Sequence record: SRR2962707_1079
Reading direction: 5' to 3' (one strand)
Length of the DNA stretch: 55,632 nt
Shown piece by piece: positions 1 to 10,304 of the stretch; positions within the stretch are counted from its first letter, which is position 1, and every line of letters begins with the position of its first letter. The position numbers and the translations under genes are program-made. Below the pieces are notes generated by a model. It made no database searches, was not told the DNA's origin, and worked only from the letters and a program-made list of their open reading frames with translations.

Positions 1-360
1 AAATGGCATTGCCATAAAGATGATCATGATGACACCGTGCGCCGTAAAGACTTGGTCATAGTGATGGGGCGGTAGGTAACCTGGGTCACCATTGGTCGCC
101 AATGCGAGCTGCAAACGCATCATAATAGCGTCCGAGAATCCTCGAAGCAGCATGATAAGCGCAAGTACTATGTACATTACACCTAGACGTTTGTGGTCAA
201 TAGACGTAATCCAGTCGCGCCATAACACACCTAGCAAGTTGTACTTGATAAGCAAATAAGCAAGCGCTATTGCACCAACCACAATGGCACTAAATGTTCC
301 GACCAAAATTGGTTCATGGTATGGAATCGCGTCTAACGATAATTTACCTAGAATAGACAT
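1..360 (-). CDS. cyoB: Cytochrome bo3 ubiquinol oxidase subunit I, 5' part (runs off the window edge)
   Basis: Minus strand from ATG at 360 reads [18 protein letters not shown]...DHKRLGVMY...[19 protein letters not shown]; its start overlaps the cyoA stop (TAATG). Confidence 0.95.
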   Translation of the reverse strand, partial: MSILGKLSLDAIPYHEPILVGTFSAIVVGAIALAYLLIKYNLLGVLWRDWITSIDHKRLGVMYIVLALIMLLRGFSDAIMMRLQLALATNGDPGYLPPHHYDQVFTAHGVIMIIFMAMPF

Positions 361-1391
361 TACTTGTCTTCCTCCACGTGTTCAGGCGATTCATGGCTCA
401 TTTCACTATGATTCATGCTGCCGTGGTCCATATCGCTATGATCCATGCTGCCTTTAATCATTGTAGAATCAAAAGGGGTGCCTTTTAGAAGCTCAACTTT
501 GCCGTGATCTTTCATGAATTTCATGACATTGTCATGGAAGATGCCTGGTTTGATTGAGTTGTAGTACTGAACAGGAGTCGCTACATGTACATGATGAGGA
601 TCGGCATCATACTCAGCAAGCTTGTCATAAGACGCTTGATCCAAGATGGCATGATTAATTACATCGCCATGAGTACCTGCTTTCACACCTTCAACCCAAG
701 CTTCAAAATCCGCTTCAGTTGGAGTAGCGATGGCTTCAAACTTCATTCCACTGAAACCAGCGCCGCTGTAGTTTGCAGAGAAACCTTGGTAAGTACCAGG
801 CTCGTTTGCAATCAAGTGCAGCTTAGTCACCATGCCAGCCATTGAGTAAATTTGACTACCCAATTGCGGAATGAAGAACGAGTTCATAGTTCCTTCTGAA
901 GAAAGTTTGAATGAAACAGGAACATCGGTTGGGAATACCAACTTGTTCACGGTCGCAATTCCTTGCTCTGGATAGATGAATAACCACTTCCAGTTCATAG
1001 AAACGACTTCTACCGTAATATGGTCTTTATCAGACTTTAACGGCTTATAAGGATCTAGTGCGTGTGTAGATTTCCAAGTAATTACGCCCAAGATTAGGAC
1101 GATAATGATTGGAACTGCCCAACATACAGCTTCGATTTTAGTGGAGTGGGACCACTTAGGTTCGTAGATCTCATCACGACCTTCACGATATTTCCAAGCG
1201 AAATAAAGCGTTAAGAAGATCACTGGGATCACAACAAGTAGCATTAAAACGGTTGATACAATGATCAACTGCTTTTCATCAACGCCAACTTGCCCTTTTG
1301 GATCAAGCACGCCACCTTGGCAACCAGCAAGCAAGCCTACTGTAATAGCCAACGCGATTTTACTTAGGATACGAGTTAACAAAAGAATCAT
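360..1391 (-). CDS. cyoA: Cytochrome bo3 ubiquinol oxidase subunit II (lipoprotein)
   Basis: Lipobox LLAGC, then VLDPKG, two TM helices, [41 protein letters not shown]; His/Met-rich tail. Confidence 0.96.
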   Translation of the reverse strand: MILLLTRILSKIALAITVGLLAGCQGGVLDPKGQVGVDEKQLIIVSTVLMLLVVIPVIFLTLYFAWKYREGRDEIYEPKWSHSTKIEAVCWAVPIIIVLILGVITWKSTHALDPYKPLKSDKDHITVEVVSMNWKWLFIYPEQGIATVNKLVFPTDVPVSFKLSSEGTMNSFFIPQLGSQIYSMAGMVTKLHLIANEPGTYQGFSANYSGAGFSGMKFEAIATPTEADFEAWVEGVKAGTHGDVINHAILDQASYDKLAEYDADPHHVHVATPVQYYNSIKPGIFHDNVMKFMKDHGKVELLKGTPFDSTMIKGSMDHSDMDHGSMNHSEMSHESPEHVEEDK

Positions 1392-1588
1392 CCTCTAACC
1401 CTGAGGTTCACAACACTGCATCTTTACCATTAAAAATGCAGAACGAAAAATCCGGTCTAAACCGGGTATTTCAGCAAAGATGCTCCGCACACTGAAATCA
1501 GTATTACAAAGATCCCCACCTCATTAATCTATATTAACGAGGTAAGTGTCTTGTTGGATCACCTAAATCTGAAAAAGGGTGCTCTATT

Positions 1589-1873
1589 TCATCCTGTCGT
1601 GGGCCGTGCCTCAACACGAACCAACTGCTCTATTAAAGAGTCATCACGATTAATCAAGGAGGCCAATTTTTGGCGAGCTAGGTTGATATTTGCGTTTATG
1701 CGCCAATATCTAACCAATAAATAGGTAACGTTTGTGCTGATTAACAGCACCGACGTAAGAATAGGGGAGTTGAGAAGGTGCGCTTGCGTTGGAGGCATAA
1801 GAAAAGTCAAAACAGACAGCGCGCTAACGAAAAACGACAGGCACAACAAAACTGTCAACCATTTAGGTGACAT
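1589..1873 (-). CDS. Possible small membrane protein (about 94 aa, two hydrophobic segments)
   Basis: Part of track ORF 1589-1987. From MSPKWLTVLLCL it has two TM-like stretches and a polar tail. No family recognised; start uncertain. Confidence 0.35.
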   Translation of the reverse strand: MSPKWLTVLLCLSFFVSALSVLTFLMPPTQAHLLNSPILTSVLLISTNVTYLLVRYWRINANINLARQKLASLINRDDSLIEQLVRVEARPTTG

Positions 1874-2164
1874 TTGCTGAGAAAGTAGGGCTTTCTTATG
1901 CAAACTATTTTGTAGTGAGTTCAATTTCTCGTCCAAAATTATCAAGTAATAAACGCGTAATAACCGTGTTTTCTGTATTACACTCATTCTAGTGCGCGGA
2001 ATATATCAAAAATTATACAATCGCACAAAGTCTAGTTTAGCCTTTGTCGGCATTCGCTTCACGGCCTTTTTATAAAAAAGCGCCTTATTGATCATAACGA
2101 AGGCTTATGCTGACCATTCAACTTACGTTATAAAGAAGATTCCTGACGATTGTAAGACCAAGCG

Positions 2165-3673
2165 TCATTCATTGTGGTGTAAAAACCATTTTTTTAGCAC
2201 ATTAATAGACTGGCGCATTGTCTCCATTGATGATCCACTAAAGCCTAAAATAAACCCCTGACGCTCATAACTAATTGAAAAATGTTGGGTTAATGGTGAT
2301 AAAACAACCCCTTCCTTTACTAAAACCTGCGCAATTTCTCTGTCCCATTTAATATCTTCTCTTGCCTGTAACCAGTCTGGTTTTATTTCCAACAAGATGT
2401 GCATCCCTCCTTGCGGCTTTTGCCACTCACACCATAAAGCCAGTTGCTCAGTTAATATTGTCAGCAATGCGTCGCGCTTTAGTCGGTAATGCCGACGCAT
2501 CCGATTAATATGTCGATCAAACCCTCCGCGGTGCATGAAGTCCGCAACCGCTGGCTGGATCGGCAAAGAGGCAGAAAAGCCTATCGTGCGCTGACTTTCA
2601 TTAAGCTGTGCTATATGACCCTGTGGCGACACGATAAAGCCTAATCGTAGGCCACGGAAAAGCACCTTAGAAAAACTGCCAATAAAGAAGGTGCGATCAA
2701 TGGCGTCTTTATGCAAAGAGGCCGTTTGCATAAAAGGCACATCGACTCGACCTTGGTAGACAAACTCGTTGTCATAATCGTCTTCAATCAACCACCAATT
2801 CTGCGTTCTGGATTGCAGGCGCTGTAACCATTGTTGGCGACGTAAGGAGCTCATGCTTATCCCTAGCGGATACTGCCTATTCGGGGTCAACAGCGCCACA
2901 TTCGTGACCTGCTGCGTCGCGTCTTTTGTCGGCACCAACAAGGCGCCTTCGTCATCGACTGGAATAAAAGAAAGCGGCCCTTGCTGCGACAGAACTTCTC
3001 GTATCGGCGGATAAGTAGGATCTTCGGCCCACCAAGCTATCTTTCCTAGAGCAGACTCACCGACGGAAGAGTCAAGAGAGTCGGGGGGGAGCGCCAAACA
3101 AGACAGGGCATGATGCAACAACATCAAGCTGTCTCGGCTTCCTGCTGTCACGATAATTTGCTCAGGTACACAGCTTAATCCGCGAACGCGGTAAAGGTAA
3201 TCAACAATGGCGACTTTCAGCTCGGGTAACCCAGTATGATACTGTCCTTGCAGCACCGCAGGGTCTGGCGCCAACCAACTACGACGCATGCTGGCCGCCC
3301 ACTCTTTATTCGGGAAGACATCCACATCCACCCCAGAATCAAACGTCCATTGCAGCGCAGGCTCTGCTGGCGGTACCACAATCTTGTCCTCTTCTCGCTT
3401 CGCCTGCCTGACAATAGGCTGGGCAGCCACAAAGACACCGCGTTTTTCCTCGCTTAACAAAATGCCTTCCGCGACCAAATGTTCGTACGCTTTGGAGGTA
3501 GTGCTTCGAGAAACACCTAAGGTAATGGCGAGCGCCCGTGACGATGGCAACTTATCACCAACCGATAACTCACCCGAGACAATGCCTTGCTGGATCTGGG
3601 TCATCAGTTGCTGATAATAGGCGGCGCCGCCTTCATCCAAAGAAAAGCGCAAACTGGCAATGGCGTGCTTCAT
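2165..3673 (-). CDS. MocR/GabR-family PLP-dependent transcriptional regulator
   Basis: N-terminal GntR wHTH (LPSSRALAITLGVSRSTT) and aminotransferase-I domain (EDPTY, TPNRQYPLG, IEDDYD, GSFSK, LRLG). Confidence 0.93.
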   Translation of the reverse strand: MKHAIASLRFSLDEGGAAYYQQLMTQIQQGIVSGELSVGDKLPSSRALAITLGVSRSTTSKAYEHLVAEGILLSEEKRGVFVAAQPIVRQAKREEDKIVVPPAEPALQWTFDSGVDVDVFPNKEWAASMRRSWLAPDPAVLQGQYHTGLPELKVAIVDYLYRVRGLSCVPEQIIVTAGSRDSLMLLHHALSCLALPPDSLDSSVGESALGKIAWWAEDPTYPPIREVLSQQGPLSFIPVDDEGALLVPTKDATQQVTNVALLTPNRQYPLGISMSSLRRQQWLQRLQSRTQNWWLIEDDYDNEFVYQGRVDVPFMQTASLHKDAIDRTFFIGSFSKVLFRGLRLGFIVSPQGHIAQLNESQRTIGFSASLPIQPAVADFMHRGGFDRHINRMRRHYRLKRDALLTILTEQLALWCEWQKPQGGMHILLEIKPDWLQAREDIKWDREIAQVLVKEGVVLSPLTQHFSISYERQGFILGFSGSSMETMRQSINVLKKWFLHHNE

Positions 3674-3674
3674 A

Positions 3675-3723
3675 TCTGGCCTGCTTATTTATCTATATTC
3701 TGGCTATTTTTATAAATACCAGA
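3675..3723. promoter_or_regulatory. Putative MocR-family operator (two direct repeats plus one inverted repeat)
   Basis: TCTGG at 3675-3679 and 3699-3703, CCAGA at 3719-3723, in the divergent intergenic gap. Confidence 0.6.
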
Positions 3724-3778
3724 TCACTCTAGAGTCTTGTTATAGCCAGTCACTTAACAAGACACAAGAAGAGAAATC

Positions 3779-4426
3779 ATGCCCCAGACTTTAGAAACGC
3801 CACTTAGCAAAGTAAAACGCGGCCCGAACAGAGCACAGTACGACCCAGAGACCGCCTTTCGCATCATTGATGACACACTAATGTGCCATGTGGGACAGAG
3901 TAAAAATGGACAAGTCTTTGTCACGCCAACCTGCCATTGGCGTGAAGGGGAGTATTTTTATTGGCATGGTCATGCCAAGGCAAGAAACATCAAGGCGCCG
4001 ATCGATGATGCAGAGAAAGTTTGCATTAATATTTGCCAGCTAGATGGCTTAGTGATGGCGCGCTCAGCCATGCACCATTCTGTCAATTACCGTTCAGTAA
4101 CCTTGTTTGGCGTTCCTGAATTAATTGAAAACACGGATGAAAAGATCCGTCAGTTTAAGATCTTTGTCGATAAAGTCAGTCCTGGTCGTTGGGAGACATT
4201 AAGACCGATCAATGACATTGAAATCAAAGCGACAGGCTTATTAAGAATCAAAATAGAAGAAGCATCGATCAAGATGAGAGCGGAGCCGCCCGTCGATGAT
4301 CTCGAAGACAAGGATTGGCCTGTTTGGGCTGGCGTTATTCCACTGCATCAGCAATGGGGGCCAGCAGAGCAAGACCCGATACAACAAGCGTCATTTGCGC
4401 TGCCCACGAACCCGAACGCATTCTAA
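3779..4426 (+). CDS. Pyridoxamine 5'-phosphate oxidase-like FMN-binding split-barrel protein (NimA-like)
   Basis: RAQYD...IIDDTLMCHVG, LDGLVMARSAMHHSVNYRSV, WAGVIP; divergent from the MocR regulator, a common pairing. Confidence 0.88.
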   Translation: MPQTLETPLSKVKRGPNRAQYDPETAFRIIDDTLMCHVGQSKNGQVFVTPTCHWREGEYFYWHGHAKARNIKAPIDDAEKVCINICQLDGLVMARSAMHHSVNYRSVTLFGVPELIENTDEKIRQFKIFVDKVSPGRWETLRPINDIEIKATGLLRIKIEEASIKMRAEPPVDDLEDKDWPVWAGVIPLHQQWGPAEQDPIQQASFALPTNPNAF

Positions 4427-4436
4427 ATAAACCCGC

Positions 4437-4476
4437 ATAAAGATAAGTGGTTATTGATATAGCCACTTATCTTTAT
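4437..4476. terminator. Long hairpin between convergent genes (probable terminator)
   Basis: ATAAAGATAAGTGGTTAT-TGAT-ATAGCCACTTATCTTTAT, 18-bp stem with one wobble. Confidence 0.7.
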
Positions 4477-4534
4477 AAAAAGTATCCGCTGCAGACACCC
4501 ATGGGCAGCTACGCTCGATATCGCGAGCAATCCG

Positions 4535-7399
4535 TTACTGGCAAGGCTGACTCAACTCATCAACTAGATAGACAATCGACTGATAATCCAACCCGCTGTG
4601 CTCACTTAAACCAATTTCACACGTCCGGCTATTCGAGTAACCAGCGTCACACCCTTCGACCGCTTTAGATAACGTTTTTAAGGCACTTGCATTCAGTTCA
4701 GGGGTTGAGAATCCCTTGTCACCAGCGAAACCACAACACGTAATATCAGCAGGAATCACCACTTCGTCCGCAAGTTGATGCGCTAACGCGACAAAACTAT
4801 CCGCTAAGCCCATACGAGTAGTACTGCAGGTAACGTGCACCGCAATACGCGCTGACTTTTTGCTGATCTGCAAATGTGGCAAAGCAAACTCATTGATAAA
4901 TGACACCTGCTCGTACAGCTTCAGTTTCTCGTCCAAGGTTTCTTTCATACGCAGCAAACAAGGGCTGGTATCGCAGACAATTGGGTAGCGACCATTCTCA
5001 CTGGCGGCTAATAACGATGTATTGAGATCGTTCGCTTTCTGCTCCGCGACAGCGAACTGCCCTTTGCTCTGAAAAGCCAAACCACAGCAGCTACTTTCTA
5101 CGCCGTCGGGAATAATCACGCGATATCCTGACTTTTTCAGCACACTCAACATCACTTCCATAACAGGGCGCTGATCTTTAGACTCAGGGCCACTGCCCAT
5201 TACTCGAGTCGCACAGCTGGGTAAATACACAACCGTAAGTTGGTCACTCTGAGTGGCGCTACAATCATTGTTTTCAAGCAAGTTTTTCAGTGGGATTGAC
5301 GCCTTCGGCATCGTCGACCGCCATTTTGGGACCACGCCGCCCGAGACGGCATTCGCAACCCCTGTGATGGCTTTCATACCACCATCACCAACGACTCGTT
5401 TCATAGTCGCAGCAGAAGCCAGTCCAAAGCGCGCGGTTTTAGTCACCCCTTCAAAATGATCACCGATCCAATAGCCGACTTTATTATCTGGATGACGATC
5501 GTGTCGTAATTCTCGCGTTAAATCGCCGGTATTAATACCAACTGGGCACTGCATAGAACACAGCCCACAGCCAGCACAAGTATCAACACCTTGATAATCA
5601 TAGTCTTTTTTCAATAGAGCTAAGCGTTCCGCTTGGTCGCCTGCCGCGCTGAGCCGTTGAATTTCACGCCATATCACGATGCGTTGACGAGGGGTCAAGG
5701 TCAGGGATTTAGAAGGGCAAGAGGATTCACAAAAACCACACTCAATGCAGGTATCCACCTTGTCATTGGCTTTGGGCAACGGCTTAAGATTTTGTACGTG
5801 CAAGTTCGCATTGTGGGTCAAAATAACATCTGGATTCAGCAGGCTATCGGGATCGAAAGCTCGCTTGATTTCCCACATGATGTCATACGCTTCTTGACCC
5901 CACTCTAGGGACACATAAGGCGCCATGTTTCGGCCAGTCCCATGTTCGGCTTTTAATGAACCTTGATATTTTACGGCCACCAACTGGGCAACTTCATCCA
6001 TGAGTTTTTCATAACGAATCACTTCGGCTGGTGCATCAAAGCCTTGCGTAAACACAAAGTGCAAGTTGCCTTCTAAAGCATGACCAAACAAGATCGCCTC
6101 GTCATAACCATGTTTATGGAAGACGCCCTGCAGTTCCAAAACGCCTTCTGCTAATTGCTCAACAGGGAAGGCCACGTCTTCAATGATCACTGTGGTGCCA
6201 ACAGGACGAACCGCGCCTACAGCGGGGAATAGCCCTTTGCGAATTTTCCAATAAGAATCGTAAATCGCTTTTTCTTGTGTGAATTCAATTGGGTTGATCG
6301 GTTCAGAGTGGCAAAGCGACGCAGAAACTTGTTCAAGATGACGTAACAACTCCTGTTGATCTGAGGCTCGTACATCAATCAATAAGCCTGCCGCTTTATC
6401 GCCCAGCGAAGAAAGCATGTCTGGCATACCGGGTTTGCCTTCGACCGCTCGTAATCCCGCTCGGTCAATCAGCTCAACAGCGGCCACTGGAGCACTTTTT
6501 AATGCGGTTACTGCACGGCATGTGACTTCCATGTCTTCAAAAAACAACATGGTGGCGGCTTTGACGGGGTGATCCACGACCGTTTGATAGGTCACTTCGC
6601 TTAAGAAGCCTAATGTGCCCTCAGAACCAATCATTAAATGCAGCAAAATATCGAATGGATCTTGATAATCCACCAAGCTGTTTAGACTGTATCCCGTTGT
6701 ATTCTTAAGACGGTATTTGTGTCTTATTTTATCCGCAAGCGCCGTATTACTGCGGGTTTTCTCACCCAATTCCGCTAAGGTTTCGAGTAAATGGGCATGG
6801 GTTTGGGCAAAGCTTGCTTTACTTGCCTCATCGGCGGTGTCGAGAAGCGTGCCGTCGGCCAATAAGATGCGAGCGCTTTGGATGGTGTTATAGCTGTTTT
6901 GCGCGGTACCGCAACACATGCCACTGGCATTATTCGCCGCTATCCCACCAATCATACACGCATTAATAGACGCTGGATCAGGGCCTATTTTACGCTGAAA
7001 AGGCGCCAATAATTGATTCGCACGAGCACCGATAACCCCTGGTTGCAACGAAATAATCTGCCCGTGTTGATGGATTCTATGACCTTTCCAATTATCCGAA
7101 AGTTGGATCAAGATGGATTCTGTTACCGCTTGACCAGACAAGCTAGTGCCCGCCGCGCGAAAGGTAACAGGAAGACTTCTCCGCTTCGCCTCTTTTAATA
7201 CCAAACGAACTTCTGCTTCGTCATTAACACGGACCACTAATTGCGGAATCAAGCGATAGAAGCTGGCGTCTGTGCCGTACGCCAAGGTACGCAGCGGATC
7301 ACGGATCAAACGGTCGTCATCAATGGTCTTTGTTAACTCTCGATACAAGTCTAAATAGAGAGGGTGGGTATTTTGTGAGGTTAATAATGGAGAAGTCAT
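4535..7399 (-). CDS. FAD/4Fe-4S D-lactate dehydrogenase (Dld-II type)
   Basis: FAD_binding_4 (FRAAGTSLSGQ, GPDPAS), GHALEGNLH, KAEHGTG, two ferredoxin motifs (CIECGFCE...CP, CAGCGLCS...CP), CCG domains; divergent from an LldR-type regulator. Start placed at MTSPLL rather than the track start 7468. Confidence 0.9.
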   Translation of the reverse strand: MTSPLLTSQNTHPLYLDLYRELTKTIDDDRLIRDPLRTLAYGTDASFYRLIPQLVVRVNDEAEVRLVLKEAKRRSLPVTFRAAGTSLSGQAVTESILIQLSDNWKGHRIHQHGQIISLQPGVIGARANQLLAPFQRKIGPDPASINACMIGGIAANNASGMCCGTAQNSYNTIQSARILLADGTLLDTADEASKASFAQTHAHLLETLAELGEKTRSNTALADKIRHKYRLKNTTGYSLNSLVDYQDPFDILLHLMIGSEGTLGFLSEVTYQTVVDHPVKAATMLFFEDMEVTCRAVTALKSAPVAAVELIDRAGLRAVEGKPGMPDMLSSLGDKAAGLLIDVRASDQQELLRHLEQVSASLCHSEPINPIEFTQEKAIYDSYWKIRKGLFPAVGAVRPVGTTVIIEDVAFPVEQLAEGVLELQGVFHKHGYDEAILFGHALEGNLHFVFTQGFDAPAEVIRYEKLMDEVAQLVAVKYQGSLKAEHGTGRNMAPYVSLEWGQEAYDIMWEIKRAFDPDSLLNPDVILTHNANLHVQNLKPLPKANDKVDTCIECGFCESSCPSKSLTLTPRQRIVIWREIQRLSAAGDQAERLALLKKDYDYQGVDTCAGCGLCSMQCPVGINTGDLTRELRHDRHPDNKVGYWIGDHFEGVTKTARFGLASAATMKRVVGDGGMKAITGVANAVSGGVVPKWRSTMPKASIPLKNLLENNDCSATQSDQLTVVYLPSCATRVMGSGPESKDQRPVMEVMLSVLKKSGYRVIIPDGVESSCCGLAFQSKGQFAVAEQKANDLNTSLLAASENGRYPIVCDTSPCLLRMKETLDEKLKLYEQVSFINEFALPHLQISKKSARIAVHVTCSTTRMGLADSFVALAHQLADEVVIPADITCCGFAGDKGFSTPELNASALKTLSKAVEGCDAGYSNSRTCEIGLSEHSGLDYQSIVYLVDELSQPCQ

Positions 7400-7492
7400 A
7401 ACAATGCATCCCAAGGCGTATGAGGCCAACTTACTGTTATTATTTTGGTCATTTAAACGAATAAACAACTAGACAGAGATCGTACAAAATAA

Positions 7493-7513
7493 TAAATTGG
7501 TAATACCAATTTA
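7493..7513. promoter_or_regulatory. LldR/PdhR-type (FadR subfamily) operator
   Basis: Perfect inverted repeat TAAATTGGT-AAT-ACCAATTTA, matching AATTGGTnnnACCAATT. Confidence 0.88.
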
Positions 7514-7602
7514 CCTTGTAAAACTGAGCTACAATAAAAACCCTGCTAGCATTTGTCAACCTATACAATAGTAGTGAGTTAGCGGATTTTAGCGTCATTT
7601 AA

Positions 7603-7619
7603 TATTGGTTTGACCACTT
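7603..7619. promoter_or_regulatory. Second, weaker LldR/PdhR-type operator (autoregulatory)
   Basis: TATTGGT-TTG-ACCACTT upstream of the regulator gene. Confidence 0.65.
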
Positions 7620-7687
7620 TTAATGTTATCAACAGATACGCATTCTCTCGGTCGCTCAGCACTGTCAAACAAGGCTTAACTTACTAA

Positions 7688-8482
7688 ATGGAAGAAAGGC
7701 AGCTCATGGAAACCAATCGCTTTGCCCGCGTGAAACAACCTAAAATCTCAGACATCATTATGCAGCAGCTAGAAAGCATGATTTTGGAAGGCAGCTTTAC
7801 ACCGGGTCAAAAACTGCCCCCAGAGCGAGAGTTGGCGACGCGGTTTGAAGTGTCGCGTCCCTCGTTAAGAGAAGCGATTCAGAAATTGATTGCGCGCGGT
7901 ATCCTCTACAGCCGACACGGTGGCGGCACTTACGTATCAGATCAAATAGGCAGCTCGTTTGCCGACCCTCTGCACGACTTACTCAGCGCTCATGACGAGT
8001 TTTTATACGATCAACTTGAGTTTCGAGATGCTCTAGAAAGTCTGTCTGCCTATTACGCGGCACACCGTAGTACCGATGCGGACAAAGCCCGATTAAGCCA
8101 ATGTTTTCACCAATTAGAAAGAGCAAATCAGCAGCAAGATTTTGCCTTAGAAGCGAAACTAGACGCGGAATTTCATATGATTATCGCCGAATCTGCGCAT
8201 AACGTCGTATTACTTCACACCTTGCGCAGTCTGTTTTCAATTCTAGCCAGCAGCATTTCGGCTAACTTAAAAAACCTCTTTGAAAAGAAGGCTGCGCGCA
8301 AGCTGATTATGGATCAACACCGAGCCATGTATGAGGCCATCATCGCTGGAAACGCCGAAAGCGCCCGCGACGCCGCGCATGCACATCTTGTTTTTGTGGA
8401 AGAAAATTTGCTCAAAATGCGCCAAGAAGAAACCCGTATTCAACGTTCACTCAGACGCAACGAAAGCCTCAGCCCACAATAA
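7688..8482 (+). CDS. lldR: GntR/FadR-family regulator (LldR/PdhR-like)
   Basis: wHTH LPPERELATRFEVSRPSLREA, GGGTYV, FCD domain (DAEFH, HN, QH). Symbol chosen from context. Confidence 0.85.
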   Translation: MEERQLMETNRFARVKQPKISDIIMQQLESMILEGSFTPGQKLPPERELATRFEVSRPSLREAIQKLIARGILYSRHGGGTYVSDQIGSSFADPLHDLLSAHDEFLYDQLEFRDALESLSAYYAAHRSTDADKARLSQCFHQLERANQQQDFALEAKLDAEFHMIIAESAHNVVLLHTLRSLFSILASSISANLKNLFEKKAARKLIMDQHRAMYEAIIAGNAESARDAAHAHLVFVEENLLKMRQEETRIQRSLRRNESLSPQ

Positions 8483-8511
8483 AATTAGGCTCAACAAATA
8501 CTAGGCTCAAC

Positions 8512-8542
8512 GCCTGCTAAACCGCTGAATTTAGCAGGCTTT
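8512..8542. terminator. Hairpin between convergent lldR and MATE genes
   Basis: GCCTGCTAAA-ccgctgaa-TTTAGCAGGC-TTT. Confidence 0.6.
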
Positions 8543-8590
8543 CAATCCAGAAATAGGGTTGAGCCCGAAGGCCAGCCACGGCCAGATAAG

Positions 8591-9973
8591 CTAGTCGCTG
8601 ACGGCCTTCGACTGATTACTAAACCAACCCCCGGTTTTCATATTTTGCCGATAGCACCAATACAAGGTGAGTCCACGGGCAACAAATAACAGCGCTTGGC
8701 TTAGCCACAAGCCATGATTCCCCAATCCTTGAGTCAAATACCAAGAAGGGAAAAAGACGCCGATAACACACACTATCATGGTGTTTTGCATCTGCTTTAC
8801 ACTGGTAGTTCCAACAAAAACACCATCCAGCATAAAAGACCAAATACCCAACAGAGGAAAAATAATAAGCCAAGGTAGGTACAGAGCAGCATCGTCTCTA
8901 ACTGACTGAACGCTGGTTAATAACCCTATGATTCCATTACCAAAAACCCAAAAAATAACCACAAGGATTAGCGCAGCAAGAAGCGCCCAATAGGTGGAAA
9001 GGCGCAATACTTTTTGAAATGAGGCTTTATCCTTGCGACCATAGTACTCACCGCAAAGCGCTTCAACAGAGAAGGCAAAGCCATCTAAGCCATTGGAAAT
9101 AATCATTAAAAATGTCAGTAATACGGCATTGGCCGCCAACACAGAATCCCCTTGGCGAGCGCCTTGCGCGGTAAAAAATAGCATCACCAGCAACAACAGA
9201 ATCGTGCGCACAAACAGATAGCGGTTTACCCGAATCAACGCCATGTATTCACGCCATTTTGCCAACGCTTTAAGTGGCACATGACCGCTGAAACCTTTTA
9301 GCTTATGCCACGCAATTACCCCAGCCACAGTCACGCCAATATAATGCGCAAAAACAGTTGCCCAAGCGACGCCATCACTAGCCATACCTAAGCCATAGAC
9401 GGCAATATAATCCAACACCATATTGGCCAGATTAATGATCAATAACATCCACAGTGGGCCTTTGGAATACTGCACCCCAAAGAACCACCCCATTAAGGCG
9501 TACCCTGCTAGTACCGCCGGGGCGCTAAAAATTCTCGCCTCACAATATAAACGAGCCCAAGGTTCTACGTCGGCACTCGGTGCCATCAGGGTGATTGCTA
9601 AGTCAATAATAGGGTGACGGAAAAGAATCAGCATTAAGCCAATGAATACCCCCATCAAAATAGACTGCAACAAGAGCTCTCGTACACGCCGCTCATCGCC
9701 TTGGCCTAACGCTTGCGCCGTCAGCCCAGTTGACCCCATGCGCAAAAAGCCAAATGCCCAAAACAAAAAGCTAAAAATACTCGCGCCAATCGCCACCGCC
9801 CCTAGGTGAGTCGCGGTGCCTAAATGCCCAACAACCGCCGTATCCACAAGTCCTAATAATGGCGTTGTGATATTGGAGATCATAGGAGGCCAAGCCATAC
9901 GCCAGATTTTCTGATGTAAGGCGGCATCGCTTTTATAAGAGTGGATAATCTGTTGAAAACTTAATAACGGCAC
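8591..9973 (-). CDS. dinF: MATE-family efflux transporter (DinF-like)
   Basis: SNITTPLLGLVDTAVVGHLG, FGFLRMGSTGLTAQALG, LAANAVL, LDGFA; about 12 TM helices. Start uncertain; GTG at 9973 with AAGG upstream is preferred over the track start 10051. Confidence 0.88.
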   Translation of the reverse strand: MPLLSFQQIIHSYKSDAALHQKIWRMAWPPMISNITTPLLGLVDTAVVGHLGTATHLGAVAIGASIFSFLFWAFGFLRMGSTGLTAQALGQGDERRVRELLLQSILMGVFIGLMLILFRHPIIDLAITLMAPSADVEPWARLYCEARIFSAPAVLAGYALMGWFFGVQYSKGPLWMLLIINLANMVLDYIAVYGLGMASDGVAWATVFAHYIGVTVAGVIAWHKLKGFSGHVPLKALAKWREYMALIRVNRYLFVRTILLLLVMLFFTAQGARQGDSVLAANAVLLTFLMIISNGLDGFAFSVEALCGEYYGRKDKASFQKVLRLSTYWALLAALILVVIFWVFGNGIIGLLTSVQSVRDDAALYLPWLIIFPLLGIWSFMLDGVFVGTTSVKQMQNTMIVCVIGVFFPSWYLTQGLGNHGLWLSQALLFVARGLTLYWCYRQNMKTGGWFSNQSKAVSD

Positions 9974-10261
9974 CAGAATCACAACCTTGTGGATATTTTT
10001 GACATTGTGGATAAAAGTTTGTCCACATTGCATAGCGAATTCTATTTTCAATGTGGGTAATTTGCCTAGTTATACACAAATAGCCACTTTATAAGGGAAA
10101 TAGTGCCGTATTTTAACCGTGATCGGGGTCTTTGGGGGCATTTTTCTCTTATTTTTGGGAATAAGCCTATTTTACCCCCCAATAAGTTTTGTTCACTCAT
10201 ATTCGGTTTTTTATGGGATAAGTGATGCTTTTTTCCACAACTAGGACTACAACGCGGATAA
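9940..10261. promoter_or_regulatory. DnaA-box cluster
   Basis: Three exact TTWTNCACA matches (10006-14, 10070-78, 10231-39) and six one-mismatch boxes (9940, 9951, 9988, 10019, 10052, 10156) within about 320 bp. Confidence 0.8.
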
Positions 10262-10304
10262 ATTTTGTTAAACTCGCGCTTATTTTTTATGCACCGGAGA
10301 CACT

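Noticed and set aside
8502-8514. TAGGCTCAACGCC, similar to TAGGTTCAACGCC at 50252-50264, as a dispersed repeat
   Set aside because: Only 13 nt with a mismatch, two copies, and unrelated flanks.
9940-10261. Calling the DnaA-box cluster oriC outright
   Set aside because: There is no clear 13-mer unwinding element or GATC enrichment, and the parS sites and gyrB point to an origin beyond the right edge. Kept only as an alternative hypothesis.
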